From contig CAWGRK010000013.1 of assembly GCA_963824995.1 (NCBI GenBank), forward strand, positions 1-64,000: a stretch of DNA of 64,000 nt, written 5' to 3'. This stretch comes from an uncultured Actinomycetes bacterium (lineage in GTDB: Bacteria; Actinomycetota; Acidimicrobiia; Spongiisociales; DATADW01). A model generated the notes under the pieces. It saw only the letters and a list, made by a program, of their open reading frames with translations, ran no database searches and was not told where the DNA came from. A program made the translations under genes and the position numbers. Below, in pieces: positions 41,630 through 53,431 of the stretch. Each line of letters starts with the position of its first letter. The first letter of the stretch is position 1.

Positions 41630-43981
41630 ATGAGCACATGGACGGGCGCACCGATCGCCCGGCTCGAGGACGAGCACTTTCTCACCGGTGATACCCGCTT
41701 CGTCGACGACATCTCCCGTCCTGGTCTGCTCCACGTCGCAATCGTCAGGTCGCCAGGTCGCCGCCGCCGTCTTCGCTGAGGTCGAGACCTCGGAAGCCAG
41801 CAAGGCCCCAGGGGTCTTCGCGGTGCTGACCGCCGCAGACCTCGCTCACACCAATCCGCTCCGACCGGTGCTCCACCGTCCCCAGTTCGTCCCCACCGAG
41901 ATGCCGCTGCTGGCCACGGACCGGGTCAGGTATGTCGGCGAGCCCCTGGCCTTGGTGCTGGCGAGAACTCGTGGCGCCGCCGAGGACGCAGCCGACCTGG
42001 TCTGGGTGGAGTACGACGAGACACCGGCCGTCTCGTCGATCGACGATGCCCTGGCCGACGGTGCTGAGCCGGTTCATGCTGACGCTCCCGGCAACGTGCT
42101 GCTCGACCTGCCCATGTTCCAGGACGCGGCGCTCGATGACATCCTCGCCGGTGCGGCGGTCGTGGTCGACGGTATCTTCGACTCCGGCCGGGTCACCGCG
42201 GCGCCCATGGAGGGTCGCGGTGTGGTTGCGGAATGGGATCGGCGCGACGGGCGGCTGTCGTTGCACGCCTCCACCCAGGTACCTCACATCGTGCGCACCG
42301 CCATCGCCGACACGCTGGGGCTGGCCGAGCACCTGGTGAGGGTGATCGCCCCCGACGTCGGCGGGGGCTTCGGGCAGAAGTGCGCCGTGGGCCGCGAGGA
42401 GCTGGCGGTAGCTGCTGCGGCCGCTGCTCACCCGCCGGCCGCTCAAGTGGGTCGAGGACCGCCGAGAGAACCTGCAGTCCGCCTTCCAGGGGCACGAGCA
42501 GCGTCATAGCGTCCGTGCGGGTTTCGACGCCGATGGAACTCTTCTCGGGCTCGCCACCGACATCTGGTGCGACGTCGGCGCTTACCACTGCTACCCGTTC
42601 ACCGGGGGCGTGGAGCCGCTCATGGCCGCCACAGAGATGCCCGGGCCATACCGGCTCGAGCACTACAGCGCCCACACCAGGGCAATCGCCACCAACAAGC
42701 CCCCGATGGCGCCCTATCGGGGGGTGTCACGTCCCCAGATCACCCTGGCGATGGAGAGGGTGATGGACAAGGCGGCGGCCCGTCTCGGGATGGACCCGGC
42801 TGAGATACGGCGCCGCAACCTGATCAAGCGCGACGAGTTCCCCTATCGGGGCGCAACCGGGATCCTCTACGACGAGGGGAGCTACCTCGAGGCTCTCGAG
42901 GACGTGATGACGGCGGCCGGTTACGAGTCGCTGAGGGAACGGCGCAACGAGCGAGGCTCGTCGGACGACGGGCAGCCTCTGTCGGGTGTCGGGTTGTCGG
43001 TGTTCTCCGAGCGCACCGCATACGGGACCCCGGTCTTCGGGCAACGGCTCATGGGCATCACGCCGGGGTACGAAACCACCCACGTCCGGATCGACCCGTC
43101 GGGGGGCGCCACCGTCCTCGCCGGCACCGTCTCGCACGGTCAGGGGCACGCAACGACCCTCGCCCAGATGGTCGCCGACAGGCTTGCGCTGACACCGGCC
43201 GACGTGCGCGTCGTCCAGGGGGACACCGATGCCGTTCCCTACGGCTGGGGCACGTTTGCCAGCAGGTCGGTCGTGTTGTCCGGTGACGCCGCCACCGAGG
43301 CTGCTGACCGGCTTGTGTCGAGAGGCTGACGCGGATCGCGGCCCACCTGCTCGAGGCGGCACCGGAGGACGTGGTGTTCGAGGGTGGGCGGTTCGGTGTC
43401 CGTGGGGTGCCCGAGTCGGGGATGTCGCTGCCCGACCTGGCCCGATCGGTCTACCACGCACCTCATCGGCTTCCGCCCGACGAGCGTGCCGAGTTGGAGG
43501 AGTGGGGCTCCTCCGACCCGCCGGGGACATTCTCCAACGCCGCCCACCTCGCCGTGGTCGAGATCGACCCAGCCACGTGGGAGGTGACTGATCGTCCGCT
43601 ATCTGGTGACTGAGGACTGCGGGGTGATGATCAACCCATTGATCGTCGATGGCCAGATCACCGGCGGGGTGGCACAGGGAATCGGTGCCGCGCTCTACGA
43701 GCAGTCTGGTGTTCGACCCGGCCGGTCAACCGCTGGTGACCGGTTTCATGGACTACCTGGTGCCCACCGCGGCAGAGGTGCCGTCGATCGAGATCCACCA
43801 TCTGGTCACGCCCTCCACGGTGAGCGCCACCGGTGCCAAGGGGATGGGGGAGGGGGGCACGATCGGAGCACCGGCGGCCATCCTCAACGCGGTCAACGAC
43901 GCCCTTTCCCCTCTCGGCATCGAGATCGATCGGATCCCCGTCACCCCCGACGAGATCGCCCGAGCTGTCGCCGCTCGGTGA
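41630..43981 (+). CDS. xanthine dehydrogenase-family molybdopterin-binding large subunit (several frameshifts)
   Basis: [52 protein letters not shown]. Confidence 0.9.
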
Positions 43982-43989
43982 TCGGGGCA

Positions 43990-44225
43990 GTGATCCCGCC
44001 CGACGGCGGGGAGACGGAAAACAATCCGCCGTAGGCGGCGGGGGAGGGGGAACGGTGCACTCCCATGGGTGCGATGACCGCGTGTCGAGCACCGGTGGGA
44101 ACTCGGGGTGCCCCCCTACCCGCTGCCCCGCAGCGGGTCCCTTCCCCCCTCCGGGGGGACGGAAACAAACTGGCAGCGGATGTTTCCAACGGCTTCCTCC
44201 CCGGCGGGGGAAGGGACGGTTCACT
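43990..44225. repeat. cluster of REP-like palindromes
   Basis: multiple GC hairpins; core cctacccgctgc..gcgggt..cggggggacggaaa (44115-44165) recurs at 60684-60732. Confidence 0.65.
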
Positions 44226-44254
44226 CCCAAAGACGCAACAGCCCGGGGATTTGG

Positions 44255-44289
44255 CTTCCGTCTTCCGCCTTCCGTCTTCCGTCTTCCCG
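44255..44289. repeat. heptamer array (CTTCCGT-like)x~5
   Basis: immediately downstream of amidase stop. Confidence 0.85.
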
Positions 44290-44291
44290 TT

Positions 44292-45633
44292 CTAGACAGG
44301 CGCGAACATCGGTGGGTCGAGTCGCTCCCAGAGGACCTGGCCGGCGCCGAGGAGGCGGTGGTCATCGAAGTGACGGGCGGTGAGTTGCACGCCGATAGGA
44401 AGTCCGTTCTCTAGTCCGGCTGGGACCGCCAGGGCGGGCAGTCCGGTGAGATTGGCGAAGGACGTGTTGCGGCACAGGGCATGGTCGAACTGGTCGGATG
44501 CCTTTCCCATCCACAGCATCTCGTCCCCGATCCTGGGTGCCGGGGCGGGCATGCCGGGGAGAAGGAGCAGATCCCGGCGGTGTAGCGCCTCGAGAAAGTT
44601 GGTGCGATAGGTGTCGGCACGTCGGCGATTCTCGAGGTAGTCGGCAGCAGCCGCTGGAGAACCCGGTGCCGACCCGTGGCCCGACCTCGCCGGTGTATTC
44701 GGACATGCGTCTCTCGTACCAAGGACGGTGGTAGAGCGCCGCCTCGGCGTCGATGATGTCGAAGTCGAGGTCTACGCAGCCCTCGAAGTCGCTGATTTCG
44801 ATCTCGTCCAACACGGCTCCGGCATCGGTGAGATGCTCGGAGGCTGTCTTCACCGCTTCGGCCACTCCGGCGGAGAGGGGTCCAGGATTGGTCAGCACTC
44901 CGACCCGCCATCCGCTGACATCGCCGGGGATCAGGGGTGCGGTGCCAGGCGCCCCCGCCATGATCGCCTCGAGCAACAGCGCACAGTCACGAGGGCTGCG
45001 CGCCATGGGCCCGACGTTGTCGAGACTCCAGGACAAAGGGACCACGCCGACGGTCGGTACAAGAGTTGCGGTGGGCTTGAGCCCGACGGTGCCGCAGAGA
45101 CCGGAGGGGATCCTGATCGACCCCGCGGTGTCGGTCCCGATCGCGGCCGGGGTCAAGCCGGCGGCGAGTGCAGCGGCGCTTCCCCCCGAAGACCCGCCAG
45201 GGATGTGTGATTTGTTCCACGGGTTGGTGGTTGGTGGGGTGGAGGAACCGAAGGCGAATTCGTGGGTTCGGGCCTTGCCGATGAGCACGCACCCCGCATG
45301 GCGGAGCGCGCTCCACACCGGGGCGTCCTCGAATGGCGTCCGCCCGGCGAACAGGGCGCTCCCTGCTTCGGTGACGATGCCGGCGGTGTCGATCAGGTCC
45401 TTGACCGCTACCGGAATACCGAGCAAGGGTCTGTCGTCCCCTTGTCCCAGGGCCCCTTCGGCCTCGATTGCCTGGGCGAAGGCGGTCTCGGCGGTGACGG
45501 TGGCAAATGCGTCGACCTCATTCCCGATCGACTCGATCCTCGCCAGCAGCGCTTCGACCACCTCGACAGGAGAGAACTCACGCTGGCGATACCCGTCAGC
45601 GAGTTCAGCGATTCCTAGTTGGTGAAGCTCCAT
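44292..45633 (-). CDS. amidase signature family protein (frameshifted)
   Basis: GIPVAVKD, GGSSGGS, GTDTAGSIRIPS, NLTGLPALAVP. Confidence 0.92.
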
Positions 45634-45649
45634 CGATCGACGATCCGAT

Positions 45650-45677
45650 CTTCCGTCTTCCGACTTCCGACTTCCGT
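45650..45677. repeat. heptamer array (CTTCCGW)x4
   Basis: downstream of VIT1 stop. Confidence 0.85.
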
Positions 45678-45684
45678 CTCTGTC

Positions 45685-46415
45685 TCACGCCACCCGACCG
45701 TAGAGGCTGCCCACCAGGTAGCTGACACCGGCACCCCCGGCGGCCACCGCGAAAGTTCTCCAGACCGAGCGCAGAGCGGATGGCGCGGGTCACGACCGAC
45801 TTCACCCAACCCACGGCGAACAGCCCGATACCGGCGAGGATCGCCGCCCAGATGAGCCCGGTGCGTGGCTCGGTCACGAAGAAGAACGGGATCACCGAGG
45901 GCAGCGCCCCTACCAGGAAGAGGGCACCCGATGCGATCATCGCCTTCCAGGGCGAGCGTCGCTCTTTCTCCAGCGCCCCGAACTCGAGCGCCATCATCAC
46001 CTTGAGCATCGACTCGTCGTTCTCGGCGAGTTGGGCGGTCGCCGCCTGCAGCACCTCGCCGTGGAGACCCAGGTCGGCCAGCAGCTCCTCGAGCTCGTCC
46101 ACCTCTCGTTGGCGGTGGTAGGCGAAGTGCTCTTCCTCGAGAGCCATTTCACCGCGGAAGACCTCGTCCTGGGACTTGGTGGCGAGATACTCGCCCGGCC
46201 GCCATGCTGATAGCGCCGGCCACCGCGCCGGCGATGGCGGTCAGCAGGACGTCGCTGGTGGAGAGACCACCGCCGACCACGCCGGCGACGAGGAGGAAGA
46301 TCGAGACCAGCCCGTCGTTGACCCCGAGGATGATGTCTCGCCAGTACTGCCGGGAATCACCCAGATGGGGCCGGTACGGCGGGGTCTCTCCGATCGCGGC
46401 CGAGCTCGGGTCCAC
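45685..46415 (-). CDS. VIT1/CCC1 family transporter (frameshifted)
   Basis: RDIILGVNDGLVS, AGAISMAAGEY, GALPSVIPF. Confidence 0.9.
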
Positions 46416-46488
46416 GGGCGGAGTTTACGGGCAACACCGTGCCGGGCCGCGTCCGTGAGCAGTCGCCCCCCGGCCGTACACTCGGCAG

Positions 46489-48266
46489 GTGACCTTCCGC
46501 CGCGACGACATCGAGCGGGTGCGGACCGCAATCAACCTGGTGGAACTCGTCCAGACGGTGACCACGGTGCGGCGGAGCGGCAGGAGCTACATGGCGATCT
46601 GTCCCTTCCATCAGGAGAAGACGCCGTCGCTGTCGCTCGACCCGGCCAAGGCGGTGTGGTACTGCCACGGCTGCCACCAGGGTGGGGATGTCTTCAAGTT
46701 CCTCATGGACACCAAGGGCCTCGACTTCAACGAGGCCGATCGAGGAACTCGCTTCCCAGGCTGGGATCACGCTGGAGCGGGACCCGGGCGAGACGACGAC
46801 GTCGGAGCGATCGCGACCGGCTGGTCGAGGCGATGACCGCCGCGATCGACTTCTATCACCGGCGGCTGCTCGATGGCTCCGACGCTGGAAAGGCCCGGGC
46901 TTACCTGCGGGGACGCGGATACGACGCCGATACCGTCGAGCACTATCGGATCGGCTGGTCGCCGGCGGCGCAGGGCGTCCGACTGGGACGTGCTTGCCCG
47001 CGACCTCGGCGGGCGTGGGAGTCTCGGATCGAGCGATGCTCGACACGGGGCTGGCGGCCCGGGGTAGGAACGGCCGCCTACGCGACTGGTTCCACGGCCG
47101 TGTGCTCTTCCCCATCCACGATCTGCGGGGCGACCCGGTCGGATTCGGTGGGCGGCTGCTCGAGGGCGAGGGGCCGAAGTACCTCAACACGCCCGAGACC
47201 AAGCTCTACCAGAAGGCGCGACTCCTCTACGGGCTCGATCGAGCCAAGGCTCCGATCACCCGTGTCGGTCGGTCGGTCGTGGTCGAGGGGTACACCGATG
47301 TGATCGCCTGCCATCGCAACGGCATTCCGGAGGCGGTAGCCGACGTGTGGGACCGCGTTGGGCGAGGAGCACATCGACCTGCTTCGACGATTCGCCGAGC
47401 GGGTGGTACTCGCCTTCGACGCCGACCAAGCGGGCGCCGGTGCCGCATTACGCGGCGGGCAGTTGCGGTCGCCCTTCGAGATGGGGCTCGATCTCCGTGT
47501 GGCGATGATGCCTGCCGGCAACGATCCGGCCGATCTCGCCCAGGACGGCCGGCTGGCCGAGCTACAGCAGGCCGTGGACAGTGCGGTCCCGTTGGTCCGG
47601 TTCCGCATCGATCGGATGCTGGAGAGCTTCGACCTCGACGAGCCCGAGGGCCGGGCGCGGGCGATAAAGGAAGTGGCGCCACTGCTCGCCGAGCAGGGCG
47701 ACCTCATCGCACGCCAGGAGTACATCCGCCACGTCTCCCGCCGCACCGGCACCGACCAGGCGATGGTGGAGAGAGCGGTGTTCGACGCAGCAGGTGGCTT
47801 AAGACGAGCCGCGGTGCCTTCGGCAGCGATACCACGCCGCAGCGGTCAGGCGCGGGCCGAGCGGGAGTTGCTCCGTTTGCTGGTTGCCAACCCACAGCCG
47901 ATGGCGACGATCGAAGTCTCTGCCGACTGGTTCACCTCGGATGAGCACCTCGCCGCACTCGCCCGCCTCGCCCCCGCCATGTCCGGTGGGGCCGATCCGG
48001 GCCATCCGCTCGACATGGGCTCGCTTCTCGGGGACGAGGACAGCACTGTGGCCGAGCTGCTCCGTGAGCTCGCCGTGGACGACCGTCCGCTAGACGATCC
48101 CGTCGAGGTGGTCGCCAGTCTCCGCTCCTGGGCGATGGAGCGGCGCATCGCCGATCTGCGCCGTCGGCTGGAGCGCGTCGAGTCGGTGGACGGGGAGACC
48201 CATTCCCGGCTGCTCGCCGAGTTGATAGCGTTGGAGCAGTCACGGAGGGCGTTGCGTGGGGGCTGA
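46489..48266 (+). CDS. dnaG: DNA primase (several frameshifts)
   Basis: CPFHQEKTPS zinc finger, FGGR, KYLNTPET, VEGYTDVI, FDADQAG. Confidence 0.96.
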
Positions 48267-48267
48267 A

Positions 48268-49401
48268 GTGACCGAGACAGACGAGGTCGTAGCCGATCTG
48301 ACGAGACGGGGGACTCAGAGGGGATTCCTAACCGCGTCCGAGGTCCTCCAGGCGCTCGAAGACGCCCAGCGCACCCGCCGAGTCCTTCGAGACCGTTTTC
48401 GAGACGACTCAGAGCGGCGGACATCGCGATCGCCGAAGAAGGACCCAGATGCGCTCGCCACCGGCATCACCGCCGAGGAACTGGTTTCGGTGTCCGACCC
48501 CGTCCGGATGTACCTCCAGGAGATCGGTCAGGGTGCCACTGCTCACGCCGCAGCAGGAGGTCGAGTTGGCGCTCCAGGTGGAGGCGGGGGTCAAGGCCGC
48601 GGACAAGCTCGCCGCCGGTCAGTTCTCCACCGAGGACCGGGTCATCCTGCAACGGACGGCGCGCCATCGGCCAGCAGGCCAAGGACCGCCTGGTGGAGGC
48701 AAACCTGCGACTCGTGGTTTCCATCGCCAAGAAGTACGTAGGCCGCGGGATGCCGCTGCTCGACCTGATCCAGGAGGGCAACCTCGGACTGATGCGAGCG
48801 GTCGAGAAGTTCGACTACCGCAAGGGCTTCAAGTTCTCCACTTACGCCACGTGGTGGATCCGACAGGCGGTCACCCGGGCTCTCGCCGACCAGGCGCGGA
48901 CCATCCGGGTGCCGGTTCACATGGTGGAGACGATCAACAAGTTGGCACAGGTCCAGCGCCAACTTGCTCCAAGAGCTGGGCCGCGAGCCCAACATCGCCG
49001 AGATCGCCGGCGAGATGGAGGTGGATCCCGGGCGGGTCACCGAGCTACGCCAGATCGCCCAGGACCCGGTGTCGCTGGAGACGCCGCTCGGCGAGGACGA
49101 CGAGTCGACACTGGGCGACTTCGTGGAGGATTCCGAGGCCGAGGTGCCGGTCGAGGCCGCTTCGTTCCGGCTACTCCAGGAGTACGTGGCCCACGCACTC
49201 GAGGATCTCAACGAGCGGGAACGTCAGGTGATCGTGATGAGGTTCGGGCTCGCCGACGGCCGGGTCCGCACCCTCGAGGAGGTCGGGGCTCACTTCAACG
49301 TCACTCGAGAGCGGGTTCGTCAACTGGAGACCAAGGCGCTGGCCAAGCTGCGGCACCCGGCACGGTCACGCCGGCTCCAGGGCTACCTGCGCGAGGGCTG
49401 A
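48268..49401 (+). CDS. rpoD: primary sigma factor (several frameshifts)
   Basis: [48 protein letters not shown]; follows dnaG. Confidence 0.95.
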
Positions 49402-49413
49402 GGACTCCCGGGC

Positions 49414-49704
49414 TCAGCTGCTCGAGGCGCCCACCCCGTTGGTAGGAACGGCCACCACGACCTTGTCGTCGGACGAGCTCACGGTTCTCTTGATCGTGGA
49501 CGAGGCCGTCTCCATGCCGCGTCCGGCAAGGTCGCGCAATTGTCCGGTGAGCTTGCTGCCGGCCTGGACGACTGCCTGTCCCGGTTCCGACTCGAGGGCA
49601 TTGCGCCAAGTGCGGGCGATCTGCTCGTACCGCTCCCGCCCAGCGGCTGCTCCCACTATGTAGCCGGCACCGAACCCGATGATCAAACCTGCTCTCAGTC
49701 GCAC
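49414..49704 (-). CDS. small actinobacterial membrane-anchored protein
   Basis: [20 protein letters not shown] motif; AGGAGG RBS. Confidence 0.75.
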   Translation of the reverse strand: MRLRAGLIIGFGAGYIVGAAAGRERYEQIARTWRNALESEPGQAVVQAGSKLTGQLRDLAGRGMETASSTIKRTVSSSDDKVVVAVPTNGVGASSS

Positions 49705-50011
49705 GTCTTCCTCCTACTTGCCCGACGCGAGCAGCCACCCGTCTTACCGAACCGACCTTCAACGTAGCGCCGTTTGCGGATTTCCGTGATGTCCACGGGA
49801 CCCGCTTCGGTGGGATCGGTGACGTTGGCCCCCGGTGCTGAGCTGGTTAGTTTCAGCGAGATGCGATCGGTGCCTGAGTGACAGACACGCCCCCTGAGGC
49901 ATCTCCAACCCCTGAGCGCGCGGCTCTGCTGCAGTCCTCGGCGACCGGGATCGCTCGGTGGTTGGCGTCACTGATGCGGTAGGGCCGGTTGGTGACGCCA
50001 AAAGGGGTCTG

Positions 50012-50491
50012 TCAGCCGCCGTCGAGAGCAGCGGTGACCGTGATCACGAGCTGGTCGTCCTCGACCTTCACGTCGGTCACCCCCGAGTCGCTCTCGGCGT
50101 TGGCGCTCTCCTGAAATCCCTCGGTGAGCTCCTCGTTCAGGTCGGTGACGACGTCGCTGGTCAGCTCCACCCCCTCGATGTCGACCGCAGTTACCTCGAC
50201 CCGGATGCTGTTGTCCTCGGCGGTGAAGGTCATGTCGTAGCTGCCGGGCTGCCCGTCTTTGGTGCCGATGGCTTGGACGATATTCGGTTCGATGAAGTCG
50301 ATCGAGGTGACGTCGTCGAGCAAGCGGGTGTCTGATCGCTCGTCGACATTTCCGATCACGCCGTTGATGGCACTCTCGTCGAGATTGACGTCGAAGCTCG
50401 CCTGGCCGTCCTCGACGCTCAGGTTGCTGCAGGCAGCCAGTGCCGTGAAGCAGACAATCGCCAGCATTCCGAGTTTCGCCATGCGTTTCAT
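50012..50491 (-). CDS. putative lipoprotein
   Basis: signal peptide with LAAC lipobox, acidic body. Confidence 0.7.
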   Translation of the reverse strand: MKRMAKLGMLAIVCFTALAACSNLSVEDGQASFDVNLDESAINGVIGNVDERSDTRLLDDVTSIDFIEPNIVQAIGTKDGQPGSYDMTFTAEDNSIRVEVTAVDIEGVELTSDVVTDLNEELTEGFQESANAESDSGVTDVKVEDDQLVITVTAALDGG

Positions 50492-50544
50492 ATCGCCATC
50501 CCCGTGTTCTGTTCCTCCGACCATACTGAATCTAGGTGATACCC

Positions 50545-50977
50545 ATGGAATATGAAGCAGTCAAGGCAAAGGTGTTGTGGGCCTGGTCCCACGGCGACGG
50601 CGACCCATTAGTGGCCGCCGAGATGTACCACGATGACGCCCTGCGTCGAGTTCCCCCAATCGGGCGAGAGGTTCCGCGGTCGGGACAACTTCACCACTTG
50701 GCGGGCGAGCTATCCCTCCGAGGTGGAGTTCGAGCTTCGATCGCTCCGCGGCGAGGGAGATCTCGTGGGTCGGCGAGGGTTGGTCCGCTACGACGGGGGA
50801 GACCCCATGCCGTTCGTCTTCGTGCAGCAATGGCGCGACGGCCGAATCGAGCGCGAGACCATCTACGTCACAGAGCCCTTCCCGGCCGATGAATCGAGAG
50901 CTCCCTACGCAGAGGGGTCCGAACTGGAGGCGACCGCCGGCCTGCCCGTCAAAGTGGTCGCCGGGTCCGCTGGTTGA
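50545..50977 (+). CDS. SnoaL/NTF2-like protein (frameshifted)
   Basis: YHDDA..EFPQSGERFRGR, RDGRIERETIY. Confidence 0.8.
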
Positions 50978-51525
50978 GAGCTCCTCGGGCTCGCTGCTGA
51001 GCTTGATGGCTCGGTGACGCCCGGTTGACGCCCAACGCCCGGCCGTCGTCCGAAATGTGTAGCTGGCTCGACCGGGGCCTGCCAGCCGAATCATCAAAAC
51101 TGACGATGACAGCGAACGGGACCTAGCGCACGATGGCCTAAGCAATCGACGGCTCGATCAAACCCTGGCGGTCCGAAGCGAGGCCTACGATGACCACAAC
51201 CGACTTCAACATCGATCACCATGGCGATCGAGAACCGGATCGCTCTTTACGGCGGTCGTTCGCGGACCGCTCGATGGACAGGAAGTCAGACCTCGATGTC
51301 GCCAAGAGATCGGGTGGTGGAGCCGCCCGTGTAGCCCGCTGGACAAGTGTTGGCGATCTGGAATGTCGGGCTCTTCCTGACGGGTGTGGCGTTCGTCGTC
51401 GGCTTGATTTCACTGGTCGCCGGTAGCGAACAACCCTTCTGACTGCTCCGGCCCAGCGTCATCGGTGGGCCTGGCGCTGAGTGCCCATGCGCCCGAACTT
51501 CAAAGGGGCTGGCATGTGGCGTTTG

Positions 51526-51598
51526 CTCCGGGGGAGAGACTCGAACTCTCAACACATGGATTAACAGTCCACTGCTCTGCCAATTGAGCTACCCCGGA
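51526..51598 (-). tRNA. tRNA-Asn(GTT)
   Basis: tccggggtagctcaattggcagagcagtggactGTTaatcca...gttcgagtctctcccccggag cloverleaf; no encoded CCA. Confidence 0.97.
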
Positions 51599-51637
51599 AC
51601 GGGACCCGAGGATGGTAGCGGGAGGCTGGAACCGGAT

Positions 51638-51898
51638 TCAGGGCTCCAGCATGATGCACTCGCCGGGGCACTCCTCGGCGGCTTCGATGGTTATGTCCTC
51701 TGCCCGCCCGGGACTCGGGCAACGCCGTCGGCACCATCCGGGGCGTCCTTGCCATCGAAGATCTTCTTGCTCCCGAAGTTCGATGCTTCCTCTTTGACCA
51801 CCCACAAGCCCGTCGTCACGGGGTTGGAAGACGTCGGGGGCGATCTCCGAGCAGATGCCGTCCCCGGTGCACAGGTCTTGATCGATCCAAACTCTCAT
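51638..51898 (-). CDS. single-cluster ferredoxin (internal compensating indels)
   Basis: WIDQDLCTGDGICSEIAPDVF ... AAEECPGECI. Confidence 0.9.
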   Translation of the reverse strand: MRVWIDQDLCTGDGICSEIAPDVFQPRDDGLVGGQRGSIELREQEDLRWQGRPGWCRRRCPSPGRAEDITIEAAEECPGECIMLEP

Positions 51899-52028
51899 AT
51901 CCGTCGCTCCTGAATTCGGTTACCAGGGTACCCGAGGTAGCGACCCAAGAAACGAATGGTGGCCGGGACTTCACGGCCACTATGACAACATGGCATTGGC
52001 GGAAGGGGCAACGAAGAGGAGGCGAGCT

Positions 52029-52676
52029 ATGGACCTCGTCGACGGCATAGTCCGGATGCTGATCGTCGCCGGGCTCGCCGGGCTGGTGGGTCTGGAAAGA
52101 GAGGTTCGGCGCAAGGCGGCCGGCATACGCACCCACATGATGATCGGGCTGGGGGCAGCCTTGTTCGCTTACGTGGGCGTGGCCGGTTTCACAGGCCCTG
52201 GAACCGATCTCTCACGCATCGCGTCGCAGGTGGCTGCAGGGATCGGATTCATCGGTGCAGGTGTGATATTCCGGGAGGGCGTGGTAGTCAAGGGACTCAC
52301 CACGGCGGGGGGTCTGTGGGTGGTGGCTGCAATAGGTGTCGCCGCCGGCGTCGGTCAGATCGGGATTGCAGTGGCCGTCACCATCGTCTCGCTGGTCATC
52401 CTGGTCGCTCTGCCACCCTTGGAGAAGGTCATCGCGTCGGCGTTCTCGCTCAATTCGGGACGGGTCCGTGTGGTCGCCGACCCCGACCTGGACCTCCCCG
52501 GGCTGGTGACATTGGTGACCACTGTGGACAGCTCGGTGGATGTCGTCGACGTCTTATCTGGAGATGACTCCATCACGTTGGACCTCGACACCGAGGCGGA
52601 CCGAGCCCTCTCCGTCGTCGGCGTCCTATCGACCGTCGATCACGTGCGATCGGCCGACGTCATCGCTCGTTCGTGA
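52029..52676 (+). CDS. MgtC/SapB family protein
   Basis: GLERE..AGIRTH, RIASQVAAGIGFIGAG, GLTTA. Confidence 0.93.
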   Translation: MDLVDGIVRMLIVAGLAGLVGLEREVRRKAAGIRTHMMIGLGAALFAYVGVAGFTGPGTDLSRIASQVAAGIGFIGAGVIFREGVVVKGLTTAGGLWVVAAIGVAAGVGQIGIAVAVTIVSLVILVALPPLEKVIASAFSLNSGRVRVVADPDLDLPGLVTLVTTVDSSVDVVDVLSGDDSITLDLDTEADRALSVVGVLSTVDHVRSADVIARS

Positions 52677-52715
52677 TTCGAACCGAGCCCACGGAGGCCC
52701 GCCTCTCCGAGGTCG

Positions 52716-53396
52716 ATGAGGGTCGAGCCGGCCCCTTCGCGGTGGCTCTTCCCAACTCCCGAGCGAGGGCCAGGACGATCTGGTGGGGTCGGCGGAGACC
52801 TCGAGCCGGGGACGCTTCTTGCCGCCTACCGGTCGGGCTTGTTCCCGATGCCGCACGAAGGGGCCGGATCGCCTGGTTTTCCCCCGAATCCCAGGGCGAT
52901 CATCGAGGTCGATCAACTGGCGGTGAGCCGGTCATTGCGCCGTTCGACCCGCAGCTTCACCGTCACCCACGACAGGTGCTTTGAGCGAAGTCGTGGAGGC
53001 TTGTGCGAACCCCGAACGCCCCAACGGCTGGATCACGAGCGAATTCGTCGAAGCGTACGGACGGACTGCACACGATGGGCTGGGCTCACAGCATCGAGGT
53101 TTGGGACCCGCCGGCGGAACTGGCCGGTGGTCTCTACGGAGTTTCGATCGGGGGTTTGTTCGCCGGAGAGTCGATGTTCCACCGAGCACCGACGCATCCA
53201 AGGTGGCCTTGGTCGCACCTGGTCGACCTGCTCCGGACGTTGCATGACGCCGTTCTCGACGTCCAGTGGCTCACCGGGCACCTGGCTGCGCTGGGCGCGA
53301 TCGAGATCGCCGCGCAGTCAGCTATCTCGACCGGCTCGCCATCGCCTTGATCGATCACACAGACCCGTTCGCGCCCGACACGTCCGATTCGGGTGA
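52716..53396 (+). CDS. aat: leucyl/phenylalanyl-tRNA--protein transferase (frameshifted; end approximate)
   Basis: GGDLEP..LLAAYRSGLFPM, GWAHSIEVW, GGLYGV..GGLFAGESMFH, DASKVAL. Confidence 0.88.
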   Translation: MRVEPAPSRWLFPTPERGPGRSGGVGGDLEPGTLLAAYRSGLFPMPHEGAGSPGFPPNPRAIIEVDQLAVSRSLRRSTRSFTVTHDRCFERSRGGLCEPRTPQRLDHERIRRSVRTDCTRWAGLTASRFGTRRRNWPVVSTEFRSGVCSPESRCSTEHRRIQGGLGRTWSTCSGRCMTPFSTSSGSPGTWLRWARSRSPRSQLSRPARHRLDRSHRPVRARHVRFG

Positions 53397-53431
53397 CCGC
53401 CCTAGCATCGGACCAGCGGGAGGACGACGAC

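Noticed and set aside
41630..43981. Aerobic CO dehydrogenase (CoxL form I)
   Set aside because: Lacks the AYxCSFR motif and has no coxM/coxS neighbours.
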